A stretch of 64,000 bases of DNA from an uncultured Gemmatimonadales bacterium. GTDB taxonomy: Bacteria; Gemmatimonadota; Gemmatimonadetes; Longimicrobiales; RSA9. Location of the stretch: the NCBI GenBank assembly GCA_963798845.1, contig CAWCUS010000006.1, forward strand, positions 224,001-288,000. The letters run 5' to 3'. The notes under the pieces were generated by a model. It did no database searches. It was not told where the DNA came from and was given only the letters and a program-made list of their open reading frames with translations. Position numbers and translations under genes: made by a program. This document shows positions 1 to 9,048 of the stretch, one piece after another. Positions within the stretch are counted from its first letter, which is position 1, and every line of letters starts with the position of its first letter.

Positions 1-858
1 GCGGCACCCCGGCGGCCACGCCGTGGGTGTCGGCACGGTCCCTTGAATCATCGCGAGATGGCCGCCGTGGCGGTCGGGGCGGGGGATCGCGGCGAGCAGA
101 CCTTCGGTGTACGGATGCGCCGGATGCGCGAAAATGTCCGCCACTGGCCCTTTCTCCACCACCTCCCCCGCGTACATCACCACCACGCGGTCGGCCATTT
201 CCGCCACCACGCCCAGGTCGTGGGTGATGAGCATGACCCCCATGCCCAGCCGCTCCCGCAGCTCCAGCAGCAGCTCGAGGATCTGCGCCTGGATGGTCAC
301 GTCCAGGGCCGTGGTGGGCTCGTCGGCAATGAGGAGATCGGGCTCGTTGGCGAGCGCCATGGCGATCATCACGCGCTGTCGCATTCCGCCGGACAGCTGG
401 TGCGGGTACTCGTCCACTCGCCGAGCCGGGACCGGTATGCCCACCAGCTCCAGCAGCTCCACGGACCTCGCCCTGGCCTCCTTGCGACCGAGCCCACGGT
501 GCAGCCGGAGCGCCTCGCCGATCTGATCCCCGACCGGAAACACCGGATTCAGCGACGTCATCGGCTCCTGGAAGATCATGGCGATGTCGTTCCCACGGAT
601 CCTGCGCATCTCCTTGTCCGACGCCTCTGTCAGCTCCCGGCCCGCGAACCGCACGCTGCTCCCCTCCTCGATCCGCCCCGGCTCCGGGACCAGCCGCATG
701 ATGGACAGCGACGTCACGCTCTTGCCGCACCCGCTCTCACCCACGATGCCCAGGATCTCGCCCCGCTCCACGTCGAATGACACCCCGTCGACGGCGCGGG
801 CGAGGCCGTCGCCGGTGTGGAAGTAGGTCCTCAGCTCCCGGACTTCGAGCAGCGCCAT
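1..858 (-). CDS. oligopeptide/dipeptide ABC transporter ATP-binding protein (OppD/DppD family), 3' end beyond left edge
   Basis: Read manually on the minus strand (absent from the ORF track): [41 protein letters not shown] (Walker A)..[31 protein letters not shown]. Its ATG overlaps the upstream TGA. Confidence 0.95.
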   Translation of the reverse strand, partial: MALLEVRELRTYFHTGDGLARAVDGVSFDVERGEILGIVGESGCGKSVTSLSIMRLVPEPGRIEEGSSVRFAGRELTEASDKEMRRIRGNDIAMIFQEPMTSLNPVFPVGDQIGEALRLHRGLGRKEARARSVELLELVGIPVPARRVDEYPHQLSGGMRQRVMIAMALANEPDLLIADEPTTALDVTIQAQILELLLELRERLGMGVMLITHDLGVVAEMADRVVVMYAGEVVEKGPVADIFAHPAHPYTEGLLAAIPRPDRHGGHLAMIQGTVPTPTAWPPGCR

Positions 859-2246
859 CAGGACCTCAGCCGCGGATCGAGCGCGTCGCGCAGACCGTCG
901 CCCACCAGGTTGAACGCCAGCACGGTGAGAACGACGGCAAGCCCGGGAAACGTGGCCACCCACCAGGCGCCAATGAGGTTCTGCCGCCCGTCGGCGACGA
1001 GCGTGCCCCAGCTGGGCGTGGGCGGCTGCACGCCCATGCCAAGGAAGCTGAGTCCCGCTTCCAGCACGATCGTGTTCCCGATTCCGAGGGTGGCGGCGAC
1101 GATGACCGGCGCGAGAACGTTCGGGATCAGGTGTCGCAGGATGATCCTGGCCCGGCCGAAGCCCAGCGCCCTCGCGGCCTGGATGTACTCCTGCTCCCGC
1201 AGGCTGAGCACTTCCCCGCGCACGAGCCGGGCGGTCCCCGGCCACTGGGTCAGCCCCAGCACGAGGATGATCAGGAACAGGCTCGGCTTGAACAGCGCGA
1301 TGATCATGATGAGCAGCACGAGCCGCGGGAATGCCATCACCATGTCGGTGAAGCGCATGATCACGGCCTCCACTTTGCCACCCAGGTATCCGGCGATGGC
1401 GCCCAGCAGCGATCCCAGCACGATGGCGATGGCCACGGCGATGAACCCTACCGCCAGGGAGATCCGGGCACCGTAGATGATCCGGCTCAGGATGTCGCGG
1501 CCGAACTGGTCCGTCCCCAGCAGGTGGGCGCCGCCGGGAGGCAGATAGCTGGTCGTCGCCAGGTTCCCCTGCGCCAGCGGGTCGTACGGCGCGATGAGCG
1601 GCGCCAGGAACGCCACCAGGTAGAGGACCACCACGATCACGAGCCCCGCCAGCGCGAGTCGGTTCCGACGGAAGTGGCGCGCGGCGATGGCCCATTGCGA
1701 TGCCCCGGCGGCGGCGCCCGTCGGGCCGCCGGCCGCGGCCGCGCCGGCCGCGCCGCCGGCGTCCGCGGCGTCGGCGGCGGCCCGGGCCCGTGCGTCGGCG
1801 GCCGCGGCCCGGCGCAGGTCGCGCATGGCACCGAGCCAGACAGCCAGGAGGCAGACCAGCAGCGTGGCCAGGGCGACCCAGTCGTCCAGCGAGCCGGTGG
1901 CGGGGGTGGAGACCAGCGCGCCCCGCCCGAGCCACGTCACCGCCAGGAGCACGCCCCAGGCGATGAGGTACGACAGCCCGCGTACCGCCGAGCCGATCAC
2001 GACGTGCCCCGCGCCCGGAAGCACCGTGGAAAGGACGACGGCGGCTGTGGAGGCTCCGCTCGTCGGCGCTCGCGCCGCCAGCGCCGCCGCATCGGCGGTG
2101 CGCATCCCCCCCGCAAGGTCATCCACGGGCTCCGGGAGCCCGCTCTCCGGGTCGGCCGGCTGCCCGGACGCGTGCTCCGGGGCGGGGCCGTCCGCGGGCT
2201 CGCGGTCCGCCCGCCCCGCGCCGGGGTTCCGCCGCTCGTCAGTCAT
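858..2246 (-). CDS. peptide ABC transporter permease (OppC/DppC family) with extra N-terminal membrane domain
   Basis: [34 protein letters not shown] (EAA loop), [16 protein letters not shown]-terminus. Confidence 0.93.
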   Translation of the reverse strand: MTDERRNPGAGRADREPADGPAPEHASGQPADPESGLPEPVDDLAGGMRTADAAALAARAPTSGASTAAVVLSTVLPGAGHVVIGSAVRGLSYLIAWGVLLAVTWLGRGALVSTPATGSLDDWVALATLLVCLLAVWLGAMRDLRRAAAADARARAAADAADAGGAAGAAAAGGPTGAAAGASQWAIAARHFRRNRLALAGLVIVVVLYLVAFLAPLIAPYDPLAQGNLATTSYLPPGGAHLLGTDQFGRDILSRIIYGARISLAVGFIAVAIAIVLGSLLGAIAGYLGGKVEAVIMRFTDMVMAFPRLVLLIMIIALFKPSLFLIILVLGLTQWPGTARLVRGEVLSLREQEYIQAARALGFGRARIILRHLIPNVLAPVIVAATLGIGNTIVLEAGLSFLGMGVQPPTPSWGTLVADGRQNLIGAWWVATFPGLAVVLTVLAFNLVGDGLRDALDPRLRS

Positions 2247-3222
2247 AGCGGATCCGGGGATCGGCGGCGGCGTAGAGGATGTCGGCCACGAGCGAGCCGA
2301 GCACGACCACGAGGGCGAAGATGAAGCTGGTGGCCATGACCAGGGGGTAGTCGCGCTGGAAGATGGCGTCCACGATCACGCGCCCCATCCCGGGCCACGA
2401 GAAGATCACTTCCACGAACACGCTGCCGCTGAAGAGCAGCGGCAGGTACAGCCCGAGAAGCGTGATGACCGGGAGCAGCGAGTTCCGGAGCGCGTGCTTG
2501 AACGTCACGATCCGCTCCGGCAGACCCTTCGCGCGCGCGGTCCGGATGTAGTCCTGGCGGATCACCTCGAGCATCTGACCGCGCGTGTAGCGGGCGATCC
2601 CGGCCGCCATGACCAGCGACAGCGTGAGCACGGGGAGGATGAGGTGGACGAGCCGGTCGCCGATCTTTCCCCACACGCCCAGATAGTCATAGTCGACGCT
2701 GGTCATCCCGGTAGGCGGGAGCGCGATCGGCAGCCCCCACTCGTGCGCCTTGAGCGAGAGCAGGAGCATGAGCATGAGCCCCAGCCAGAACGACGGCATC
2801 GAGTAGAAGAAGAGCGATGTGACGCTGAGCACCCGGTCCGCGGCCCTGTGCTGCCGCACCGCCTGCCACACCCCCGTGGTCACGCCCAGGCCGAAGATCA
2901 GCACCAGCGTGCAGCCGGCCAGGATCAGGGTGGCCGGAAGCGTCTCGAGGATGATGTCGAGGACGGGTCGGCTGTGGGCGAAGGAGTAGCCGAAGTCGCC
3001 CGTGAAGAACGACGCCAGCCACTTCCAGTACCGGATCAGCAGCGGCTGGTCGAGACCGAAGTTCCGCCGGATCTGCTCGATCACCTCCGGCGGTACGTTC
3101 TGGTTGAAGTAGATGGCCGTGGGGTCGCCCGGCGCCAGGTTCACCACGAAGAAGATGATGGTGGCGATGCCCAGCACGAGGGGGATCGCGCCAAGCAGGC
3201 GGCGGGCGACGTAGCGAGCCAT
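2239..3222 (-). CDS. peptide ABC transporter permease (OppB/DppB family)
   Basis: MARYVARRLL..PGDP, QDYIRTARAKGL, FQRDYPLV, DILYAAADPRIR. Confidence 0.95.
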   Translation of the reverse strand: MARYVARRLLGAIPLVLGIATIIFFVVNLAPGDPTAIYFNQNVPPEVIEQIRRNFGLDQPLLIRYWKWLASFFTGDFGYSFAHSRPVLDIILETLPATLILAGCTLVLIFGLGVTTGVWQAVRQHRAADRVLSVTSLFFYSMPSFWLGLMLMLLLSLKAHEWGLPIALPPTGMTSVDYDYLGVWGKIGDRLVHLILPVLTLSLVMAAGIARYTRGQMLEVIRQDYIRTARAKGLPERIVTFKHALRNSLLPVITLLGLYLPLLFSGSVFVEVIFSWPGMGRVIVDAIFQRDYPLVMATSFIFALVVVLGSLVADILYAAADPRIRYD

Positions 3223-3239
3223 GCTCGCTCAGCCCGCGC

Positions 3240-4856
3240 TCACTGCACGGCCCACTTCGCCATGCTCTGGAACTCGCCCCGCTGGTCCATGACCACCCCG
3301 GTCATCTGGTCGGTGGTGCCCGACAGCTCGTCGAGCCAGAACATGAAGGTGAACGGCTGCTGCTCCTGTAGCACCCGGGTGAACGCGGCCCAGATCTCCT
3401 TTGCCTTCGCATCGTCCGTGGCCGCGGCTCCCGCCTCGATCAGGCTGTCCAGCCGCGCGTTCCGCACGCCGCTCCGGTTCGCGCTGCCGGGCACGTCCGC
3501 CTGGCTCGAATGGAAGAGCGAATACGGCGCGGACGCCATCTGGAAGTTGTCCAGCACCCAGTTGCTCAGCACCGCATCGAAATCGCGGCTCTTGTGCTGC
3601 GCCAGCATGGTCTGGAACTCCAGCACCTGCGGCACCACGTCCGCTCCGACTTGCTTGAGCTGGTTCTGCACCACCTCCACGATCGCGCGGTTCAGCGGTC
3701 GCTCGCTCGTGAGCAGCTGGAATTGGAGCGGCTTCCCGGCCGCGTTCTCCCGCACGCCGTCGCCGTTCCGGTCCACCCACCCGGCCTGCTCCAGCAGCTG
3801 TTTCGCCTGCCCCGGGTCGTACGGGAGCGGGTCGATCCCGGGGTTGTAGCGGTGCCACGGCGGGATGGTGCTCGTCGCAGGGTTGCCGAACCCGTGCAGC
3901 AGGGCGTCGATGATCTCCTGCCGGTTGATCGCCAGCGTCATGGCCCTGCGTACCCCGGCGTCGTCGAACGGCGGCCGCTGGTTGTTCCAGCCGATATAGA
4001 ACACGGTGTTCCCCGGAAACGACTGGAGCGTGGTGCTCCCCGTGTTCTGGATCCGCTCCACCTGGTCCGGCTGGACCGGGATGTCGACCTGGATGCCGCC
4101 CGTGATCAGCTCGGTGAGGAGCGTGGCCGGCTCCGGGATCACCCGGAACACGATCCGCTCCGCCGCGGGCGGCCCGCCCAGCGCCTGCGGGAACGAGTCG
4201 TTCCGCTCGATCATCAGCCTGTCGTTGGCCCGCCACTCCCCGAAGCGGAACGGCCCGCTCCCGACCGGGTGGCGGTTGAAGTCGGAGTTCTTGAGTGCCG
4301 CCGGCGACGTTCCCTCCAGCAGGTGCTTCGGCACGGGCGCCCACCAGAAGTCCTCCACCGCCTGCGCGTGCGGCCTCGAGAAGGTGAACCGGATGGTGGT
4401 GGGGTCGATCACCTCGGCCGACTTCACGGAGGCGAGATACGCGGACCCGATGAGAGAGCCCGTTTCCGGGGTCTTGGCCAGGTCGAACGTGAACTTCACG
4501 TCCTCCGCCGTCACCGGCTCGCCATCGTGCCAGCGCACGTCGTCGCGCAGCTTGAAGACGATGGCCGTGTCTCCCTCCATCTCCCACGAAGACGCCAGGT
4601 AAGGTCTGGGCTTCAGCTCGGGGTCGTACTGGATCAGCGGCGTGAACAGGCCGTACTTGAGGATCTGGTCCGTGTCGATGCTCGTGTTCGTGACCGGGTT
4701 CAGTCCGCTGAAGTCGCTGCTTACCCCCACCGCCAGCGTCCCCCCGCCACCGCTCCCATCTCCGCCGCACGACGCGAGCGCGCCGACCGCGATCAGCCCC
4801 GCGGCGACGATCCGACCGCGGCGCAGCGCGCCCCCCCTTGTTCGGCCTCCTGCCAT
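3240..4856 (-). CDS. peptide ABC transporter substrate-binding lipoprotein (SBP family 5)
   Basis: Lipobox LASC; LRDDVRWHDGEPVTAEDVKFTF; PVGSGPF; VRRAMTLAINRQEII. Confidence 0.93.
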   Translation of the reverse strand: MAGGRTRGGALRRGRIVAAGLIAVGALASCGGDGSGGGGTLAVGVSSDFSGLNPVTNTSIDTDQILKYGLFTPLIQYDPELKPRPYLASSWEMEGDTAIVFKLRDDVRWHDGEPVTAEDVKFTFDLAKTPETGSLIGSAYLASVKSAEVIDPTTIRFTFSRPHAQAVEDFWWAPVPKHLLEGTSPAALKNSDFNRHPVGSGPFRFGEWRANDRLMIERNDSFPQALGGPPAAERIVFRVIPEPATLLTELITGGIQVDIPVQPDQVERIQNTGSTTLQSFPGNTVFYIGWNNQRPPFDDAGVRRAMTLAINRQEIIDALLHGFGNPATSTIPPWHRYNPGIDPLPYDPGQAKQLLEQAGWVDRNGDGVRENAAGKPLQFQLLTSERPLNRAIVEVVQNQLKQVGADVVPQVLEFQTMLAQHKSRDFDAVLSNWVLDNFQMASAPYSLFHSSQADVPGSANRSGVRNARLDSLIEAGAAATDDAKAKEIWAAFTRVLQEQQPFTFMFWLDELSGTTDQMTGVVMDQRGEFQSMAKWAVQ

Positions 4857-4883
4857 CCGTCCCTCCGGCTGATCGGCCCGAGA

Positions 4884-5912
4884 TCACCGCCGCCAGGTCC
4901 ATGCGCCGGACGCGAACCGCGCCTCCAGGCGGCGGGCCCTCTCCTGCTCTCCGACGGCCAGCCGCTCGGGGGCAAGAGTAATGCCGAGCACCTCCTCGAA
5001 TCCGGCCACCACGGCAGCAGCCAGCGCCTCCCAGCCGGGGCGTTGCCCCAGCTCCGCCGACACCGTGGTCCAGCCGGGATTCCCCCCCGCCGCCAGCACC
5101 GCCCCCCATCCCCCGGCCCCCGGCCGCAGCTCGTCGGAGCCGGCGCCCGCCCGGATGGCCGCGGGGCCGCGCAGCAGCTCCTCGGCCGCCAACTGGCTCC
5201 CCCCCACCAGGATGCTGCCATGCTGCAGGATGGTCCGATTCTCGGTCCGCTGGGCACTGCCCACGACCTTCTGCCCGCGCGCGACGACCTCGCCCGCCGC
5301 CGGGCTCCGGAAGCAGGCCGATGCCCAGTCGTGGCCGCCCGCCACCGCCCCGCGAGCCGCCCCCGGAGCGCCCTCTCCCGCCGCCGGCTCACCCGGACCG
5401 GGCGTGTTCGGCGCCAGCGACGCCTCGAGGCCGAGTCGCCGGAGCGCCGCTACCAGCGCCGCATTGATCCGCCGGTATGCCGCCCTCGGCTTCCCGACCT
5501 CCGCGACGGGCGCCACCACGGCGTAGGTCAGCTCGTCGTCGTGCAGGACGGCCTGGCCGCCGGTCGGTCGGCGCACGAACGCGATCCCCCTCGCCTCCGC
5601 TTCCTCCACATCGTACAGCCCGGCCGCCGGCTGGTTGCGGCCGAAGGAAAGCGTCGCCGTGTCCCAGCGGTAGAGCCGGAGCACCGGCGGTGCCCCGGCG
5701 CCCACGGCCTCCAGCAATGCCGCGTCCAGCGCCATGTTCTCGGGGCCGGTGCCGCGCAATGGGCCGCCGTCGCCCCGTTGCGTCTCGGCCGGCCCGGGCA
5801 CGTACCGCCACCCCCGGCTCGACGCGGAAGGTCCCCTCGCGCGCTCGCTGCGGTCGTCCCGCTCCCGCTTCGCCGCGTGCAGCTCCCCCACCGCTCCTCC
5901 CCCTCGACTCAC
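4884..5912 (-). CDS. lipoate--protein ligase / octanoyltransferase family protein (LplA/LipM-like); start uncertain
   Basis: NMALDAALL, LRLYRW..TLSFGRNQ, VRRPTGGQAVLHDDELTY, KVVGSAQ..ILQHGSI. Confidence 0.88.
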   Translation of the reverse strand: MSRGGGAVGELHAAKRERDDRSERARGPSASSRGWRYVPGPAETQRGDGGPLRGTGPENMALDAALLEAVGAGAPPVLRLYRWDTATLSFGRNQPAAGLYDVEEAEARGIAFVRRPTGGQAVLHDDELTYAVVAPVAEVGKPRAAYRRINAALVAALRRLGLEASLAPNTPGPGEPAAGEGAPGAARGAVAGGHDWASACFRSPAAGEVVARGQKVVGSAQRTENRTILQHGSILVGGSQLAAEELLRGPAAIRAGAGSDELRPGAGGWGAVLAAGGNPGWTTVSAELGQRPGWEALAAAVVAGFEEVLGITLAPERLAVGEQERARRLEARFASGAWTWRR

Positions 5913-6080
5913 GGTCTCGCGGCCGGAGCACCACGCCCCGGCACGTGGCCGGAAGCTAAAGGTGCCGGAGCCCTTCGGCTATCGGCGGCTCGCCTCATGC
6001 AGGCCGCGAAGGCCCACCATTTCGGGCGGCTCGCGTCCCTCTGCGCTTAGGACGCGGTGATGGTCGCGTGACGTTCGGCC

Positions 6081-6479
6081 CTATGCCTGAGCCAGCTCGG
6101 CTCCGTGTTCGATCAGCAGCTCCCGCAGCACGGAGCGGTGACAGTGGTCCTCGTCCTCGCAGTAGCACCCCACCGAGAAGTCGGCAGCGTGCGACAGAGC
6201 GGCGAGCAGCTCGAGATCGTGTCGCGGCTCCGGTCCCTTCATCTCCGACCGGTACTTCCGTTTGAACGCGTTCCACTGCGCCGGCGTCTCCGCCGCCTGT
6301 CCCATCTTCACCGTCTCGGCGCCGGGCGCCAGGTTCGGGAACCAGACGTCGTACCAGTCCTGCGCTGCGAACTGGTCTTTCGGCACACCCCTGGGCGGAC
6401 GACGAACCGTCCCGATCCGCACACCCTCGCCTGGCGTCCGCGGCGTTCCCAGCCGCACCACTCGTATGCTCATGGACAC
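6081..6479 (-). CDS. DUF488 family protein (YeaO-like)
   Basis: RIGTVRRPPRGVPK, WFPNLAP, FKRKYRSEM, GCYCEDEDHCHRSVL. Confidence 0.85.
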   Translation of the reverse strand: MSMSIRVVRLGTPRTPGEGVRIGTVRRPPRGVPKDQFAAQDWYDVWFPNLAPGAETVKMGQAAETPAQWNAFKRKYRSEMKGPEPRHDLELLAALSHAADFSVGCYCEDEDHCHRSVLRELLIEHGAELAQA

Positions 6480-6572
6480 TCCTCATGCCGGGAGTTCAAA
6501 CCGGAACCCGACCACTGACCCCCTGAACGGCAACGGCCAACCGTCACCCCATGCCCGCCCGAACCGGCTCGC

Positions 6573-7127
6573 TCACTTCAGCCCCAGCTGCCGACCGGCG
6601 GCGAGCCGCGCCACGGCCTCCTTCAGCCGCTTCTCCCGTGTCGCAGTCCGCTTCGCGGCATCGATCCAGCCGACGTACGCCCTGCGGTACGATGGCGCCA
6701 GCTCCTCGAAGAAGGCCCATGCCCGCGCATCCGCCCGCAGCGCCTGCTCGATGTAGGCGGGGACCGCCGACAGGGACACGCGCGGAGCGTCGCCGCTGCG
6801 GGCCGTGGGGGACCGGGCGAGGCCCGCCTCCGTGAGGAGCCCGGCCGCGGCCATCCGCTCGAAGCGTCTGCGGTTGCTGGTGGACCAGGCGCTGTCGGAC
6901 TTCCGGGGTGTGAACCTGCGGGCGTATCGGTCATCGTCAATGCGGCGGACCAGGCTGTCGACCCAGCCGAAGCAGACCGCTTCCTCCACTGCTTCCTCGT
7001 AGCCGATCCCGAGGACTCCGGTGTGGACCTTGTGGAAGACGAGCCAGACCTCCGTCTCCGCATCGTGACGCTGCGCCAGCCAGGCCCGCCATTCCTGCCG
7101 GCTCCGCACATCCAGTGTACGGTCCAT
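6573..7127 (-). CDS. YdeI/OmpD-associated family protein
   Basis: Start trimmed to MDRTL (GAGG upstream); WRAWL..VWLVFHK..EAVCFGWVDS..RRFTPRKSDSAWS; LAPSYRRAYVGWIDAAKRTATREKR. Confidence 0.88.
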   Translation of the reverse strand: MDRTLDVRSRQEWRAWLAQRHDAETEVWLVFHKVHTGVLGIGYEEAVEEAVCFGWVDSLVRRIDDDRYARRFTPRKSDSAWSTSNRRRFERMAAAGLLTEAGLARSPTARSGDAPRVSLSAVPAYIEQALRADARAWAFFEELAPSYRRAYVGWIDAAKRTATREKRLKEAVARLAAGRQLGLK

Positions 7128-7221
7128 GTGATCACCCCGAGATGAGGTCACGAGCGCCGCAAGGCCGCCGCTCCTGCCGACCCGCCGCCACGGAGGCGGG
7201 GGTCGGGTCCACCGCTCCGAC

Positions 7222-8847
7222 TCAGATTCCGCCAGCCGCCACGGCCGCGGCGATCGCGGGGGCGACCACGGGCAGCTCGACCGTGAACGTCGTCTTCCCG
7301 GGCTGCGAGGCAACCGTGATCTCGCCCGCGTGCTTCTGCGTCACAATGTTGTGGCTGACGTTCAGGCCCAACCCGGTGCCCTGCCCCGGCGGCTTCGTCG
7401 TGAAGAACGGGTCGAACACCGACGCCTGGATCTCCGGCGGGATCCCGTGTCCGTCGTCCTCGATCTCCACGATGACCCGCGAGTCCCTCGCGTACGTACG
7501 GATCGTGATCTCCCCCGTCCCGCCCGTGGCGTCCACAGCGTTGTCGATGAGGTTCGTCCAGACCTGGTTCAGCTCGCTGCCGTGCGCTTCGATCTTCGGC
7601 AGTCCCGGCGCGAACTCCCGGCGTACGTGGACGCCGCCCTTCAGGCGGCTCCTCAGCATCACCAGCGTGGTTTCCAGCCCTTCGTGCACATCCACCGCCT
7701 GCACCGGGGCGCGATCCATGTAGGTATAGTCCTTCAGCGACTTCACGATCTCCGAGACCCGCGCCGCCCCTTCACCGATCTCCGCCACGAGCTTCCAGGC
7801 CGCGTGCACGTTGCACTCGAGCGTCAGCACCAGACGCAGACACGATGGGGGGAACGCCCGGGCCAGGTCGGACAGCCGGTCGCGGTCGTAGCCCATCTCG
7901 ACCAGCGACGGCGCCAGGTCCCATGACTCGTCGATTCCGGCCTCCTCCAGCCACGCCTCCATCTCCGCTTCCCTCTGGCCGCGCAGCAGCGCTCCGAGCG
8001 CCGGCGGCGCTACGGCGCAATCGCGAACCTGAGCGGTCTGCTCGGCGAGCAGCTCGAGCTGCTCCGGCGACAGCCCGAGCGGCGCGATGCCGAGCCTCGC
8101 CTCGTCCAGCGCGGCCAGCGTGCTCCCGAGCTGCGAGGCCCCCCGCCGCATGGCCGACGCGGGGTTGTTGAGCTCGTGTGCGACGCCGGCGCTCAGCTTG
8201 CCCAGCGTCGCCAGCTTCCGGGTCTCACGCAGCAGGATTTCCCGCTGCAGCTTCTCGTCGAGCAGCCGGTTGGCCTTGGCCTGTTCCCGGATCGCCGTCT
8301 TCACGTAGTACCTGGCGAAGATGAAGACCACGAGGCTGCCGACCGCCAGGTTCAGGAGCAGGAAGAACGCGCGTGTCGAAGGCGCTACGTCGATGGCTCT
8401 CGCCGCGAAGAAATCCCTGAACAGCACGGTGATGACCACGTTGGCGAGGTACAGCCCGAGCCACGCGCGGGCCCACCGATCGGACAGGAACATGAGCGCG
8501 CACAGCGGTCCGAGCAGCGCCCAGATGAGCACCACGCCCGAGTCGAACAGGCCGCCCACCAGCCATTGGATGAGCGCCGGGATGTAGACGATGCTGACGA
8601 TCTGCGCGTGGATCGCGTAGCGGTGGTCGCGCGTCAGGTGCGAGACGATCAGGCTCGTGCCGACGACCACCACGAAGGCCAGGGGGAGCGCGGCGATCAC
8701 CCCCCATCCGAACACCAGCCAGGATGTCGCCGACCACACGACGCCCGCGGCACAGCACGCCCCTGCCACCAGCAGCACCGCCATCTTCTCCAGGTGGACT
8801 TCGCGGGTGTCCTCGGGGTCGAAGGCAAAAGAGGCTCGGATGCTCAT
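7222..8847 (-). CDS. membrane-bound sensor histidine kinase
   Basis: About 5-6 N-terminal TM helices; H-box AHELNNPA; N-box NQVWTNLIDNA; DDGHGIP, FDPFFTTKPPGQGTGLGL. Confidence 0.92.
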   Translation of the reverse strand: MSIRASFAFDPEDTREVHLEKMAVLLVAGACCAAGVVWSATSWLVFGWGVIAALPLAFVVVVGTSLIVSHLTRDHRYAIHAQIVSIVYIPALIQWLVGGLFDSGVVLIWALLGPLCALMFLSDRWARAWLGLYLANVVITVLFRDFFAARAIDVAPSTRAFFLLLNLAVGSLVVFIFARYYVKTAIREQAKANRLLDEKLQREILLRETRKLATLGKLSAGVAHELNNPASAMRRGASQLGSTLAALDEARLGIAPLGLSPEQLELLAEQTAQVRDCAVAPPALGALLRGQREAEMEAWLEEAGIDESWDLAPSLVEMGYDRDRLSDLARAFPPSCLRLVLTLECNVHAAWKLVAEIGEGAARVSEIVKSLKDYTYMDRAPVQAVDVHEGLETTLVMLRSRLKGGVHVRREFAPGLPKIEAHGSELNQVWTNLIDNAVDATGGTGEITIRTYARDSRVIVEIEDDGHGIPPEIQASVFDPFFTTKPPGQGTGLGLNVSHNIVTQKHAGEITVASQPGKTTFTVELPVVAPAIAAAVAAGGI

Positions 8848-8997
8848 GCGGGGGTCCGGGGCGAGGGATGGGTGGAGAGTGTCGGAGGGCGAACGCGGTC
8901 ACGCCCGGCACACCATTCGTCGCCGGGTACCGCCAGCGCAAGGGCCTGGTGCGTCGTGCCCGCCAGGGCCGCCTGCTGCTCGCGCCTCCCGCGACGC

Positions 8998-9032
8998 GTC
9001 GGGGCCGGACCCACCCCGGGCCCGGCCCCGAC
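8998..9032 (-). terminator. GC-rich hairpin downstream of gcvP
   Basis: GTCGGGGCCGG (8998-9008) pairs with CCGGCCCCGAC (9022-9032), 16 nt after the gcvP stop; no U-tract. Confidence 0.5.
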
Positions 9033-9048
9033 CCCGCCATCGCCGCTC

